Part shown: positions 15,989 to 27,700 of the stretch, piece by piece
Position numbering within the stretch: position 1 is the first letter of the stretch
Layout of the letters: every line of letters starts with the position of its first letter
NCBI GenBank assembly: GCA_040755315.1
Contig: JBFMBF010000006.1
Location: forward strand, 1-51,453
Length of the DNA stretch: 51,453 nt
Reading direction: 5' to 3'
DNA from: Candidatus Hadarchaeota archaeon
GTDB lineage: Archaea; Hadarchaeota; Hadarchaeia; Hadarchaeales; Hadarchaeaceae
The notes under the pieces: generated by a model
Databases searched by the model: none
Told to the model about the DNA's origin: nothing
The model's input: the letters and a program-made list of their open reading frames with translations, nothing else
Position numbers and translations under genes: made by a program

Positions 15989-17893
15989 ATGGAACTGGAC
16001 TATAGCAAACTTGGTTTGAAAGTCGGGTTCGAAATACATCAGGAGCTGAATACCCACAAGCTCTTCTGTAATTGCCCTTCGGAGCTCAAAGAGGATGAGC
16101 CGAAGCTTGCGGTGATGAGAAAGCTACGCCCGACCCAAAGCGAGATGGGTGAAGTCGATAGAGCTGCGCTCGCGGAAGCGATAAAGGGGAAGGGTTTCAA
16201 CTACCAAGTCCACACTGACAGCGTCTGCCTAGTCGAGCTGGACGAAGAACCGCCGCACCCTGTGAACGAGGAGGCCCTTAACATTGCCCTTGAACTTGCC
16301 ACCCTTCTAAACGCCAAGCCTGTGGATGAGGTGCATGTGATGAGAAAAATCGTCATAGACGGGAGCAACACTGCGGGCTTCCAGCGCACGATGCTGGTGG
16401 CGACGAACGGCACGATAGATGCCGGCGGCAAAAGTTTCCGCATACCCACCATCTGCCTGGAGGAGGACGCGGCAAGAAAGATGGGCGAGGGTGGAGAACA
16501 CGTGGACTACAGGCTAGACCGGCTCGGCATCCCACTTTTGGAGATCGCCACGGGGCCTGACTTCTCCGACCCGCACACCCCGGCGAAGGCCGCCCTGTAC
16601 CTTGGGCAGATCCTCCGGGTGGCCGGCAAGGTCAAACGCGGTATCGGGACAATCAGGCAGGATGTCAACATTTCAATCGCTGGCGGGGCGCGACAGGAAA
16701 TCAAGGGCGTGCAGGAGCTGGCGCTGATATCTGCGGTAATCGAGCGAGAGGTGCACAGGCAGTTGGCACTCATCGACATTCGGGAAGAGCTGAAAAATCG
16801 TGGGGCTTCCGAGGTGGAGAAAAAATTCTTCGACGTGAGCGGACTTTTCTCATCCACTGAATCGAAGGTGGTACAAAACGCTATGAAAACTGAAGGGGTT
16901 GTTCTTGCCGTGACCCTGCGGAAGTTTTCTGGGCTGCTGGGCAGAGAGCTGCAGCCGGGGAGAAGGTTTGGCACCGAGCTTTCAGACTATGCTAGATTGT
17001 ACGGGAAGGTCGGCGGACTCTTCCACACGGACGAGATGCCAGCATATGGGATATCTCAAGAGGAGGTCAGAAAGCTGAGGGAGGCCACCGACGCGACAGA
17101 AGGCGACGCGGTTGTTTTCATAGCGGACTTGAGGGAAAAAGCGGAAGCTGGCCTGAAAGCAGTCGTTGACCGGGCAAACCAGGCGATTGAAGGCGTCCCG
17201 GAAGAGACACGCCGGGCGCTGCTGGGAGGAAACTCGGAATTCATGCGGCCGCTTCCGGGGGCCAGCAGGATGTACCCTGAGACCGACATCCCACCGATTA
17301 CGATTACTTCTTCACAGATGAGAAAAATCAGGGCGAAGCTGCCGGAACTTCCTGCAGACCGGCGCGACCGTTTGATGAAGCAATACAAGCTGAGCAGGGA
17401 GCTGGCCTGGCGAATGACCATGTCAGAGAACCTGAAACTTTTCGAAGAGATTGTCGCCAAGACAAGGGCCGACCCGACCCTGATTGCAACCACCCTCGAA
17501 GAGACCATCGTGAGCCTTCGGAGGGAGGGCGTGAGAGTAGAAGGCCTGCAGAACACCGACCTAATTGAGATATTTAAGTGGGTCAAAAAGGGAAAGATGG
17601 CAAAAGAAGCCTTGCCGGACGTAATGAGGCTGGTCGCCAGGGGAATAGGCGTCTTGGGCGCTGTTGAACAGCTAAAAATCACGGCCATCGGCGGGGCCGA
17701 GCTGGAGAAGCTGGTAGCCGATGTCGTGGCGTCGAACATCGAGCTCGTCAGGGAAAAGAAAAAGGATGCGCTCTCCCCCCTAATGGGACTAGTCATGGAG
17801 AAGGCCAGGGGGCGGGCTGACGGGAAGCTCGTGCACGACCTGCTGGAGAAAGAGCTGAAAAAAGCCTCCGCAAAGCTGAACCTTAAGAGCTAG
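15989..17893 (+). CDS. gatE: Glu-tRNA(Gln) amidotransferase subunit E
   Basis: MELDYSKLGLKVGFEIHQEL.THKLFC, RKIVIDGSNTAGFQRT, RPLPGASRMYPETD. Confidence 0.97.
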   Translation: MELDYSKLGLKVGFEIHQELNTHKLFCNCPSELKEDEPKLAVMRKLRPTQSEMGEVDRAALAEAIKGKGFNYQVHTDSVCLVELDEEPPHPVNEEALNIALELATLLNAKPVDEVHVMRKIVIDGSNTAGFQRTMLVATNGTIDAGGKSFRIPTICLEEDAARKMGEGGEHVDYRLDRLGIPLLEIATGPDFSDPHTPAKAALYLGQILRVAGKVKRGIGTIRQDVNISIAGGARQEIKGVQELALISAVIEREVHRQLALIDIREELKNRGASEVEKKFFDVSGLFSSTESKVVQNAMKTEGVVLAVTLRKFSGLLGRELQPGRRFGTELSDYARLYGKVGGLFHTDEMPAYGISQEEVRKLREATDATEGDAVVFIADLREKAEAGLKAVVDRANQAIEGVPEETRRALLGGNSEFMRPLPGASRMYPETDIPPITITSSQMRKIRAKLPELPADRRDRLMKQYKLSRELAWRMTMSENLKLFEEIVAKTRADPTLIATTLEETIVSLRREGVRVEGLQNTDLIEIFKWVKKGKMAKEALPDVMRLVARGIGVLGAVEQLKITAIGGAELEKLVADVVASNIELVREKKKDALSPLMGLVMEKARGRADGKLVHDLLEKELKKASAKLNLKS

Positions 17894-17919
17894 CGAGACG
17901 ATATCCGCGAGGGATTGAC

Positions 17920-19725
17920 TTGTGTGGAATAGTGGGTTACGTCGGGAAAAAACTGGCAGCACCGGTGCTTTTGGAGTCTTTGAAAAGGTTGGAGTATCGA
18001 GGGTACGACTCGACTGGCATCGCAACCATCTCGAAGGGCTTCCACGTTAAGAAGGAGAAAGGCAAGATAGCCGAGATAGATCAAAAAATCAATCTTGGTG
18101 GCTTGCCCGGCAAAATCGGGATAGGACACACTAGATGGGCCACCCACGGCGTCCCCTCAAAAACAAACGCCCACCCCCACATCGACAACTCCGGAAAAAT
18201 CGCGGTCGTGCACAACGGAATTATAGAAAACTACGAGGAGCTACGGAACTTCCTGCTGAAGAAGGGGTACAAGTTCACATCTGAGACCGACACGGAAGTG
18301 ATTCCAAACCTAATCTCCTACTTCATGGGCGAAGAGAAGAGCTTCGAGGCCGGCGTCAGAGAAGCATTGAAGAAGCTCAAGGGCAGCTTTGCGCTCGGCA
18401 TCATCAGCACGAGCGAGCCGGAAAAAATCTTGGCGGTCAGGAGGGAGAGCCCGCTCATAGTGGGGGTCGGGAAAGGCGAGATGTTCTTAGCGTCCGACAT
18501 ACCCGCGATCCTCCAGTACACGAAAAAAGTCATCACCCTCGAAGACGATGAAATGGCTGTCCTGACCTCCAAAGGGGAGGAGGTGCGGAATTTCAGGTCG
18601 TGGACAATAAAAAAGAAGCAGCCGATGATCGTCAAATGGACCGTGGAGATGGCGGAAAAAATGGGCTACCCTCACTTCACTCTAAAGGAAATCATGCAAC
18701 AGCCGGATGCCATCAGGGATACCCTCAGGGCGGACCCAGAAAACATTGAAAAACTCGCAAAGTTCCTGCTCAACGCAAAGAGAGTTTACATTGTGGCATG
18801 CGGCACCTCCTATCATGCCGCCCTCGTCGCGAAGTATGCCTTCGCCAAGCTGGCCGACTTTTCTGTTGAGCCCGTGATATCTTCTGAGTTCCAAGAAAGC
18901 TGTAGGTCGGACAAAGACACCGCCGTGCTCGCGATTACGCAGTCCGGAGAAACAGCAGACACTTTGAAAGCTGTTCGGGTCGCAAAAACCACCGGGGCGA
19001 GAATAGCATGCCTCACCAATGTCGTGGGGAGCTCCATAACAAGGGAAAGCGAGCTTGTCTGCTACACCTACGCTGGCCCGGAAATAAGTGTGGTCGCGAC
19101 AAAAACTTTCGCCGCCCAAGTCTCGTTCCTGCTTCTCCTCGCGGCCCATGTGGCGAAGGCGCGGGGGCTGTTTGACGAGCGGAAGGCGAAAGATTTCAAT
19201 GCTAGGCTTCTTTCAGTCCCGAGCGTCGTCCACTCCGTACTGTCTGGTGCTGCCACGAAGGTGAAAGAGCTTGCTACCAAGTACAAGAACGCTGGCAGTA
19301 TTTACCTGATTGGCCGCGGAATCGGTTATCCCATTGTCCTCGAGGGGGCGCTGAAGCTCAAAGAAATAACCTACATTCATTCAGAAGCCCTCCCGGCCGG
19401 GGAGCTGAAGCACGGGACGTTGGCGCTGATCGAGAAGGGGACGCCTTTGATTGCTGTTGTGCCTCCAGGCGAAAGCAGGGCACGGATGATTGCGAACATT
19501 GAGGAGGTTAAGGCCAGGGGTGCGAAAATAGTCGCCATCGCAAACGAGGGCGACGATGTTGAAAAACACGCAGACGAGTTCATAGCTGTCTCGCCTGTGG
19601 AAGAGCTTTTCAGTCCACTTCCATACATCGCACCCCTTCAGCTGCTCGCGTACCACATCACGGTCGAGCGAGGGCAGGACCCAGATAGGCCAAGATCGCT
19701 GGCCAAGTCAGTCACGGTAGAATAA
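17920..19725 (+). CDS. glmS: Glutamine--fructose-6-phosphate aminotransferase
   Basis: MCGIVG, RLEYRGYDS, GHTRWATHG, SLAKSVTVE. Confidence 0.98.
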   Translation: MCGIVGYVGKKLAAPVLLESLKRLEYRGYDSTGIATISKGFHVKKEKGKIAEIDQKINLGGLPGKIGIGHTRWATHGVPSKTNAHPHIDNSGKIAVVHNGIIENYEELRNFLLKKGYKFTSETDTEVIPNLISYFMGEEKSFEAGVREALKKLKGSFALGIISTSEPEKILAVRRESPLIVGVGKGEMFLASDIPAILQYTKKVITLEDDEMAVLTSKGEEVRNFRSWTIKKKQPMIVKWTVEMAEKMGYPHFTLKEIMQQPDAIRDTLRADPENIEKLAKFLLNAKRVYIVACGTSYHAALVAKYAFAKLADFSVEPVISSEFQESCRSDKDTAVLAITQSGETADTLKAVRVAKTTGARIACLTNVVGSSITRESELVCYTYAGPEISVVATKTFAAQVSFLLLLAAHVAKARGLFDERKAKDFNARLLSVPSVVHSVLSGAATKVKELATKYKNAGSIYLIGRGIGYPIVLEGALKLKEITYIHSEALPAGELKHGTLALIEKGTPLIAVVPPGESRARMIANIEEVKARGAKIVAIANEGDDVEKHADEFIAVSPVEELFSPLPYIAPLQLLAYHITVERGQDPDRPRSLAKSVTVE

Positions 19726-20670
19726 TCAAGGCAAAAGTTTTCCGCTTTTCATCAAAACTTTTCCATCCAGCTTTACAGTAGGCTTGAGGAAGATTCCATC
19801 AACGTGGACTCCCGCTTGAACTTTGCCGCCGAAAGTTGAGTTGTCCCCCAGAGCGACGTGGCATGTCCCTAAAACCTTTTCATCCTCAAGCACATTCCCG
19901 ATTAATTGTGCCTTAGGGTTTGTTCCCACACCGAACTCCGCAAGGTTGAACGCCTTTTTGCCGGCTTTTTTCAAGATGGCTTCAAGCCGCCTAGAAGGGC
20001 CGCCGGAAAACTTTACCGCCCTTCCTCCCCTTATTTCTATTTTTATTTTACCGTGCACCTTGTCGATCATCGACCCGTCTACAACAACCGTTCCTTCGCC
20101 AGTCCCCTCCACTGGTGCTATGAATGCCTCACCGGCGGGCAGGTTGCCGAAGTCTCCAGGGCGGTGAAAAATCCCTGTGTCTGGGTGGGCCTTGCGGCCT
20201 TTCACGCTGAACCCAAGTTCTGTCCCCGCGGCTGAAGTGACCTCGACCTCGCGGCACCTGTTCAGCCGCCCAGCCACCTTCTTTGTCAGTTGACTGACCT
20301 CTCGGTAATCAGCGAGCATCGCTCCACGACACATCATCTCTTCAGTTATCATCGGCATTGTGGCTATCCTGACGCCTGCCTCCGTGGCGCGCTTGCGCGC
20401 TTGCGTGTGCGTCAGAGAGTAAGTGGTGGGCGCAAAAACAACGTCGGCGGCCCTCATGGCCTCCGCGACGACCTTCGGCGGCTCCTCGCCGTGCCTGCTC
20501 AACGTAGGTATAATCAGCATTGTCACTCTGGCGCTGGCCTCCCTCGCCGCAGAAAAGATGTAGCTGGCCACCCTGTGTCTCTGCTGGTCTGTGACAACGA
20601 GGACAACCTCACCGCGAGAAACATTCATGCATTCCTTCACGGCTATCCTGGCACCTTTCAGTATTCCCAT
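19726..20670 (-). CDS. Aminopeptidase (thermophilic metalloprotease, M29-like)
   Basis: HGEEPP, NLPAGE, AEFGVGTNP, LEDEKVLGTCHVALG, HVDG. Confidence 0.88.
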   Translation of the reverse strand: MGILKGARIAVKECMNVSRGEVVLVVTDQQRHRVASYIFSAAREASARVTMLIIPTLSRHGEEPPKVVAEAMRAADVVFAPTTYSLTHTQARKRATEAGVRIATMPMITEEMMCRGAMLADYREVSQLTKKVAGRLNRCREVEVTSAAGTELGFSVKGRKAHPDTGIFHRPGDFGNLPAGEAFIAPVEGTGEGTVVVDGSMIDKVHGKIKIEIRGGRAVKFSGGPSRRLEAILKKAGKKAFNLAEFGVGTNPKAQLIGNVLEDEKVLGTCHVALGDNSTFGGKVQAGVHVDGIFLKPTVKLDGKVLMKSGKLLP

Positions 20671-20722
20671 CTCTGTGACGCTGGTACGCAAGAGTATCCC
20701 TTCTGCCCTTCAAGAAATAAAA

Positions 20723-20929
20723 TCAGACTCTTTTCGCTGCAAGCCTTATGTCGACGTCCCTGACTGTCCTTCTCCCCGCGTGCTCAGCCAGCTTCGACGC
20801 CTCCGCCGCTATTGTCACGGCGCGCTCCTCAAGTACCTCGGCTAATGCCACCGCCGCTTCCTCGCTGACCCTTTTAGCGCCCGCTTTTCTGATTACCCTA
20901 TCTACGGCCGCTACAGGTAATTCAACCAT
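20723..20929 (-). CDS. Archaeal histone (HMf family)
   Basis: MVELPVAAVDRVIRKAGAKRVS...AEHAGRRTVRDVDI. Confidence 0.96.
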   Translation of the reverse strand: MVELPVAAVDRVIRKAGAKRVSEEAAVALAEVLEERAVTIAAEASKLAEHAGRRTVRDVDIRLAAKRV

Positions 20930-21070
20930 TTTCATGCCTCCTTAAACATTTCTAAACCTTTATTTGACATATTTTCATATATTCGGGCAGTATTTAAACC
21001 TACTCTTAAAACCGGCTTTTAACATGCATTTTTTACAGGATATTCGATTTAAACTTGCGCCCCGTCGAAG

Positions 21071-21946
21071 TCAATCTTTTTTGGGATACAAAATTTTTGC
21101 AGCGGCCCAAATGAGCGCCACATCAATCAGCACCCACACAATCATCAGCACGATCACGCTGGCCGCACCTAATGCAAGAACAGCGGCAGGTATGTTGGAG
21201 TATGAAAGCACGAGAAGGCCGCCGATGTTAAACATCATGTGCAAAAGGACGGGCGGAAAAATACTCTGGCCGGATTCGTGATACATGTAGCCTGTGAAAA
21301 TGCCAAGCCCTGTTATTACAGTAATAGTCTGCGCCGCCTGAATGAGAATCACATCCGCAGCTTGAGCCGCCGTAATGCCCTGCGCCAGTTGTATTGCCGG
21401 ATCGGTGAGCTTCATGTAAGAATAAACTTGGATGTGTGGAAGCATGAACAAGATTGCCGTTACAACTATCGCCTGGAGTGGCCCATAAGCGCCGGTGAAT
21501 TTTCTCTGGATATAACCGCGAAACGCGCATTCTTCCACAAATGCTACCAGAACTGCGTTGACGAGAACGCTGACGAGAAAAGTCCCTGCAGGTGTGGCAC
21601 TAAAATCAAATACCGCGCCCGTAGCCGCCGAGGCGATTATCATCCAGAGGATTTGGAAGAAGATTCCCAAAAACGCTGAAAACAGCAGGACCTTCCCCGA
21701 GCCAGCCACTCTAAAGCCAAGGCTGTCGACGCGCTCGCCATCCTGTCTGAGGAAAATCAGCAAAGTCGCAAAAATCACAACGTAAAGAATTATTGTCACC
21801 GCCGTAAGGGCGTCTGCGCCCAGTCCCGCCTCCCACTGAATAACGACAGAAAGCCATGCAAACAAGGCGAAAACGAGAAACATCATGACTGGCCGCTGCA
21901 AAGATACTTTGCTCATCCTCTCAAAATCCAGTCCTCCGGCTGTCAT
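21071..21946 (-). CDS. CPBP (Abi/CAAX) family intramembrane protease
   Basis: EECAFRG, F..PH, H...N motifs in a multi-TM protein. Confidence 0.88.
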   Translation of the reverse strand: MTAGGLDFERMSKVSLQRPVMMFLVFALFAWLSVVIQWEAGLGADALTAVTIILYVVIFATLLIFLRQDGERVDSLGFRVAGSGKVLLFSAFLGIFFQILWMIIASAATGAVFDFSATPAGTFLVSVLVNAVLVAFVEECAFRGYIQRKFTGAYGPLQAIVVTAILFMLPHIQVYSYMKLTDPAIQLAQGITAAQAADVILIQAAQTITVITGLGIFTGYMYHESGQSIFPPVLLHMMFNIGGLLVLSYSNIPAAVLALGAASVIVLMIVWVLIDVALIWAAAKILYPKKD

Positions 21947-22001
21947 AAAACTTTTACGACATTAATTTAAACCCGCACACATATTGTGGCTGGGTGTAAA
22001 A

Positions 22002-23021
22002 TTGCCAAGCATGATAGTCGCCGGAGGCCAGTGGGGTGACGAGGGGAAGGGCAAAATCGTCGCATACCTTGCACTTCACGACAAACCGAAAATAGTGGCG
22101 AGGGCGGGCGTGGGGCCCAATGCCGGCCACACTGTCTACTACCAAGGAAAAAAGTTCGGGCTGCGCCAGATACCCTGTGGCTTTGTACAACAAGAAGCAA
22201 AACTCCTCATAGGCCCGGGGGTCCTCATCAACCCTGAAGTCCTGCTCGCGGAAATAGACGTCACGGGGACAAAAGGCCGGCTTGGGATAGACCCCCGCTG
22301 CACAATTATTGAACCACACCACATCAATCAAGACAAATCGTCCGAACATCTGCAGGGAAAAATCGGTACTACCGGAACGGGGTGCGGGCCCGCCAATGTT
22401 TCCCGCGTAGAGCGCACGGCGAAGCTGGCGCAGGATTTCCCAAAGCTCAAGCCATTCCTAGCTGATGTTCCAAAAGAGGTGAACGCCGCGCTAGACAGAG
22501 GAGAGCTAGCTATGGTGGAAGGATCTCAGGGCTTCGGTCTTTCGCTGTTCCACGGCAGCTACCCTTACGTGACTAGCAAAGACACCGCGGCAAGCACGCT
22601 GGCGGCGGATGTTGGTCTTGGACCAACCAAGGTTGACGATGTAATGCTGATCTTCAAGGCCTACGTGAGCAGGGTGGGCGCTGGACCATTCCCGACAGAA
22701 ATCCCACAAGAAGAGGCTGAAAGGCTTGGCATAGTGGAGTTCGGCACAGTGACTGGACGGAGGAGGAGGATTGGGACCTTTGACTTTGACCTAGCAAGAA
22801 GGGCCGCTATGATCAACAGCGCAACTCAACTCACGGTAACCTGCCTAGACCGGCTATTCAAGGGGGCAGCGGGCGCCAAGCGGCCGGACCAGCTTCCGGC
22901 GGATGCGAAAGAATTTCTGGAAAAAATCGAGCGGGAGGTCGGAGTCCCCGTTACCATCGCCTCCACGGGGAGCGGTGTGGACGACATAGTAGACATGCGA
23001 GAGGAAAAAATGCGAAGATAA
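22002..23021 (+). CDS. purA: Adenylosuccinate synthetase (short archaeal form)
   Basis: [37 protein letters not shown]. Confidence 0.97.
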   Translation: MPSMIVAGGQWGDEGKGKIVAYLALHDKPKIVARAGVGPNAGHTVYYQGKKFGLRQIPCGFVQQEAKLLIGPGVLINPEVLLAEIDVTGTKGRLGIDPRCTIIEPHHINQDKSSEHLQGKIGTTGTGCGPANVSRVERTAKLAQDFPKLKPFLADVPKEVNAALDRGELAMVEGSQGFGLSLFHGSYPYVTSKDTAASTLAADVGLGPTKVDDVMLIFKAYVSRVGAGPFPTEIPQEEAERLGIVEFGTVTGRRRRIGTFDFDLARRAAMINSATQLTVTCLDRLFKGAAGAKRPDQLPADAKEFLEKIEREVGVPVTIASTGSGVDDIVDMREEKMRR

Positions 23022-23071
23022 AGGCGTTGGAAAACTTTTTAACTTGGGCCTCGAAAGATTTAGTGATAAAA

Positions 23072-23935
23072 ATGGGTGGCGCTGCAAGAACTGCTTTGCT
23101 GATGGGAGTCCTAACCGGAATGCTGATGCTGGTGGGGTTCGCGGCCGGCTATCTCACAAGCGTCCCGATCGTGTACTCGCTTGGGTTCGCCCTGATAATG
23201 GCGACTATCCTGAACCTTGTAATGTACTGGTACGCGGACAAGTGGGTGCTGAAGCTCTACCGAGCCAAAGTTGTCAGCGAGGCGGAGCAGCCGAAGCTTC
23301 ACGCCATCGTCTCCCGCCTGGCTTCAAACGCCAGCATACCCAAGCCTAAGGTGGCCACCATCCCGATAGAATCCCCGAACGCCTTCGCAACCGGGAGGTC
23401 GCCGTCAAACGCTGTCGTGGCCGTGACGGACGGCGCCATGAGACTGCTCAATGAGGAGGAGCTTGAAGGGGTGCTCGGGCACGAGATTTCGCATGTCAAG
23501 AACCGCGACATGCTCATAAACACCCTGGCCGCGATCATCGGCGCCGTGATAACCTACGTGATGTACTTCTCGATGTTCTCCAGCAGCAGAAGGGACAGGG
23601 AGGGCGGCGCGGGATGGCTGGCGGTTCTGGCGATAATCTTTGTGCCGTTTGCTGCCATGCTTGTCAGGCTTGCCATCTCAAGGGGAAGGGAGTACGGGGC
23701 TGACGAAGGCGGCGCCCACATATCTCGCAAACCCCAAGCTCTAGCCGACGCCTTGAAAAAGCTAGAGTCGGCGGCGGCCAACAGGCCAATGCGGGGGGGC
23801 AACCCGTCGACCTCTCACCTTTTCATAGTGAACCCATTCAGAGGTGTGAGCCTGCTCAGCATATTCTCCACGCACCCACTGACTGGCGAGAGGATAAGGC
23901 GCCTCGAGTCTATGGCGAAAACTGGAAGGTTCTAA
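23072..23935 (+). CDS. htpX: Zinc metalloprotease HtpX
   Basis: PNAFATGR, HEISHVKNRD, AISRGREYGAD, FSTHP. Confidence 0.95.
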   Translation: MGGAARTALLMGVLTGMLMLVGFAAGYLTSVPIVYSLGFALIMATILNLVMYWYADKWVLKLYRAKVVSEAEQPKLHAIVSRLASNASIPKPKVATIPIESPNAFATGRSPSNAVVAVTDGAMRLLNEEELEGVLGHEISHVKNRDMLINTLAAIIGAVITYVMYFSMFSSSRRDREGGAGWLAVLAIIFVPFAAMLVRLAISRGREYGADEGGAHISRKPQALADALKKLESAAANRPMRGGNPSTSHLFIVNPFRGVSLLSIFSTHPLTGERIRRLESMAKTGRF

Positions 23936-24105
23936 AAGCCCAAAATTGACTGGCCGTAAAGCCGGATTAAAATTTCAAGAATTATCACGGCGGAGATAAA
24001 AATGACTATCTTCTTTGGAGAGATTTTTATTCCTTTGCCCTCCTCATCAAAGTATCGGATCAGTCCAGCACCAGTTGATGGCATCCTTTGTTCGCTCTTT
24101 GGCAT
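23932..24105 (-). CDS. secG: Preprotein translocase subunit Sec61beta (57 aa; not in ORF track)
   Basis: Manual translation MPKSEQRMPSTGAGLIRYFDEEGKGIKISPKKIVIFISAVIILEILIRLYGQSILGF*. Confidence 0.93.
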   Translation of the reverse strand: MPKSEQRMPSTGAGLIRYFDEEGKGIKISPKKIVIFISAVIILEILIRLYGQSILGF

Positions 24106-24159
24106 TGTACACCATTCACATCTAAGCGCGCCTGTTTAAGGCTTTTCCGGCACTCTTGA

Positions 24160-24678
24160 TCATCTTTCCGGCGGCATGAACTTTGACTGCGCGGCAACCA
24201 CTTCAGAGCTGTCTTTGGCGTCGGCGTAGGCTTCCAGCGGCTCTTTGTTCAGCTCCATGAAGACCGGCCCCCATTTGAACACGCCAAGAATATCTTTCGC
24301 GCGTTCTTCCTCGCCAAGGATGAACAGGGCGGCGGCGAGGGCCTCCGCGGTGCTGAGCGTGGTGGGCCTGCCGTAGTAAGTGGGGTTGGCGGCAACCAAG
24401 TAGGGTAGCACTCTCGATACCATCCTCCTCCTGAGCTCGGCCGCTTGCTTTATTTTTTTCCAAGAGCAGTCGAGAGCCGCCAGCCCGCTGCTTTTGGCTG
24501 TGTCGGAATCTTCCTTCGAAAGTGCCTTTTCCGCAAACGGGTCCAAAAGGACGGCTCCGGACGGAAGCGCCTGAATGCTGTAAACCATATCAACCTTCCG
24601 GAACTTGTGGAGTCGCTCGGCTGTGCATTTTTTCGGGTCGCACTCGCGGGCGTTGCAGACGATGAGTTTCATTTGCAC
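24160..24678 (-). CDS. tsr3: 16S rRNA aminocarboxypropyltransferase Tsr3 (DUF367)
   Basis: ECDPKKCT, LDCSW, LPYLVAANPTYYG, LSTAEA, FKWG. Confidence 0.95.
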   Translation of the reverse strand: MQMKLIVCNARECDPKKCTAERLHKFRKVDMVYSIQALPSGAVLLDPFAEKALSKEDSDTAKSSGLAALDCSWKKIKQAAELRRRMVSRVLPYLVAANPTYYGRPTTLSTAEALAAALFILGEEERAKDILGVFKWGPVFMELNKEPLEAYADAKDSSEVVAAQSKFMPPER

Positions 24679-24726
24679 CGCGCATAAGTGGTAAGTTATG
24701 GCTTTGAAACTTTCGGAGGATAGTTA

Positions 24727-27700
24727 TTACTTTTTCAGCTTCTGAAGCCTTTTTGTCCCAATCGAAAGTTGTCTCCAGATGATTGCAAGGATTATTACCA
24801 CGAATATTATGGCGGCGACCAATATCAAGTAAACCGGCGGAATGGACAGAGTTGGCAACGTTGGCAGCGTCGAGATGGTAATCGTGCGGGTGGAGAAGTG
24901 TGGGATTGAAATTAGGATTTGGGCACCGTTGCCGCCTTTCAGGATGAAGTACTCAGGAACATTCTCGTTGGTCGGGTCGAGCACATCAGCATAGTCATCT
25001 GCTGGCGAGATTTCCACGTTGTCAACCTGTACCCTCGAAATCCAACCTGTCGGAAGCACCTTGTTATCGACGCCCACCACCACGGTTTTTCCGTTCTCCA
25101 CATCCGAACTCACCGTGAGAACTATCCTCTCGCCAACTTTCACGTCGGCTACCTGTGTTCTGACATCGCCATGCTCATATCCTATCGCTATGCCCGGCTT
25201 GTCGACTTCTATTGTTATGGTCATTACTGCGCCGAGATTTCCGTTCACAAAAGCATTTTCAAAAAGACGCAGGTTTTCATTTTCAAGAAGGATTCCAAAC
25301 TCCGTGTTTTGGTTAGCCAGGTTATCCTTAAGGTTCTCCAGTGTCTGCGCCACTTCTTTAACCAACACGGTGGCGGTGGAGGTAGCGCTGGAGGACAAAT
25401 AGCTGCTGTCGCCTGAAAAAGACGCCGTTATAGTGCCGGTGGTTTGAGCTGTGACGTCCGGGGCGGCAAACGTGACCGTGGCCTGGCCTGAAGAGTTGGT
25501 TGTACTGCTGGCTGTCGAGAGGCTCCCAGCGGTTTTACTCCAGCTGATTGTTCTGCCCGCGATTGGGCCGCCCCCAAACGTGAGCGTTGCTGTTAAAACC
25601 ACATTCTCCCCAGAGCCGATTGTGAAGCTTGAAGGAACAATCACCAAGGACGAGGTAACGGTGGGGACCGGATAAATCGTGCCGGCCGAAGTTCCGGAAC
25701 TACTGTTATAACTGCTGTCCCCGGCGAATGAAGCCGTTATCGTGACATTTTCTGATGTGGTGACTGTTTGGGCTGTAAACGTAACTGAGGCCTGGCCTGA
25801 AGAGTTGGTCGCGCCGCTAGTTGTTGACAGGCTACCTGCCGTTTTGCTCCAAGACACAGTCTTTCCAGACAGCGGGTTGCCGGTGTTGTCCTTCAATGTT
25901 GCCGTCAGGGTGCGGGATCCCCCCGAAACCAGCGAGAAACTAGAGGCATCCATCGTTACCGTCGTGTTGGTTTTGGACGGAGGTGGCGAAGAAGTCGTTA
26001 ACGTGTAGTCTGAAGAGACGACGAGATTGTTGTCGTTGTCTTTCGACTTTACCCGGTAGTGGTAGGTAGTGTTCGCGGACAGGGCCGACAGGCCGACCGA
26101 GTGGCTCGTGGTGGTTCCGTCTGTTGCTGTGAATCCATATGATATCGTCGTGCCGTATTCTACCTCGCCGGTCGAGTTTTCGACTGTCGTCCAAGTTATG
26201 GTTGCTGAATTCGTGGTGATGTTCGACGCTCCAACACTTGCAATACGTGGGGTGCCATATGATGTTGAATGTACGTTTGCCTGAAGGGTGTTGTTGTAAG
26301 AGCCAGAAAATACATAAACATCGTAATTGCCGCTGCTCTCGACTGTGTTGTTAGAAAAAATATTGCCGTTTGATTCGGTTAATGTAGCGCCATTCCAAAA
26401 GCTGTTTGTGACTACGTGGTTAGAAACTAAGTTATTGTCCGCCAAGTAAAGAAGTATCCCATTGTAGTTGTTATTGAAAGTATTGTAACGAATAATGCTG
26501 TTTTCTGTGCCAGCCAAGAAAATTCCTTCCAGACTGTTTTCAACAAGGATGTTCTCCACGAGTAAATTGTCGCACTGGACCAGGCCCAAAAAACCTATGC
26601 TGTTGTCCTGATTGATGACAAGATTTTTCTTTCCTACAAGGTAGACGATTGACTTTCCATTTACCGTGTTCGAGTTGTCCACGTTATGAACTGTGTGAGA
26701 AATGTCATCGCCATTCACGCCAAAATTATAACGATTGTTTTCGAGGGTGTTGTTGTCCAAGTTATCATTGGATGAGAAATAGAGCAAGATACCGTACGAG
26801 TTGTTATCGACTCTGCTCCTAGAAAGAACGCTGTTGTCAGCGCGGTAAACATAAATGCCGTAGTTATTGTTTTTCACCGAATTGTTTTCCACCCTTCCGT
26901 TGATTGCGTTGTCGAGATAAATTCCATGATAAGTCGTCCCACCGTTCTCCACTGTAACATTTCTGACCACGAAATACTTTGTAGTGTTTTTAATGTGTAT
27001 GCCATTGGCAGACGATGCACTAATCACCCAATTCTCAATTATGTACGGGTCGTTCTTCGCCCCTGATCCGGAAAACACGCCATTGAAAGGTGTGAAACTT
27101 TCATCGCCTTGAATGTATATCGGTGGCCTCTTTGGCCAAATATTCACGATGGGTTTTGGTGAAACATGGCGCCGTAGCAGTCGCCAAACATCATTCTTGT
27201 AGTTGCCGTCGTAACCTCCAGTAACCCACACCATGTCATCAAAAACAACTGAAGCGTGCTCATAACGCTGGGACCACCCTGCGCTCGCTGTGGCTTGGGT
27301 CCAGTTTTCCCCGTCCGCCGAGTACCAGACGCTGCTGTTGTACTCGTTCCACCCTTCGGGGCTTCCTCCGATTACCCACATCTTGTTGTCGAAAACTACT
27401 GAGGCGTGATATTTTCTCGCGCTCCATCCTGCGCTCGCTGTGGCTTGGGTCCAGTTTTCCCCGTCCGCCGAGTACCATACATCGTTTTTGTAGAATGGTG
27501 TTGATCCAAAGGCCCCTCCAAACACCCACATCTTCCCGCCGAAAACCACAGATGCATGGCTGTGGCGCGCTGTCCAAGTTGCAGATGACGTCGCTTGAAT
27601 CCAGTTCTCGCCGTCGGAGGAGTACCAAACGTCGTTCTTGTAATTGCCGTCATATCCACCTATCACCCACATCTTGTTGTTGAACACTAGGGAGGAGTGC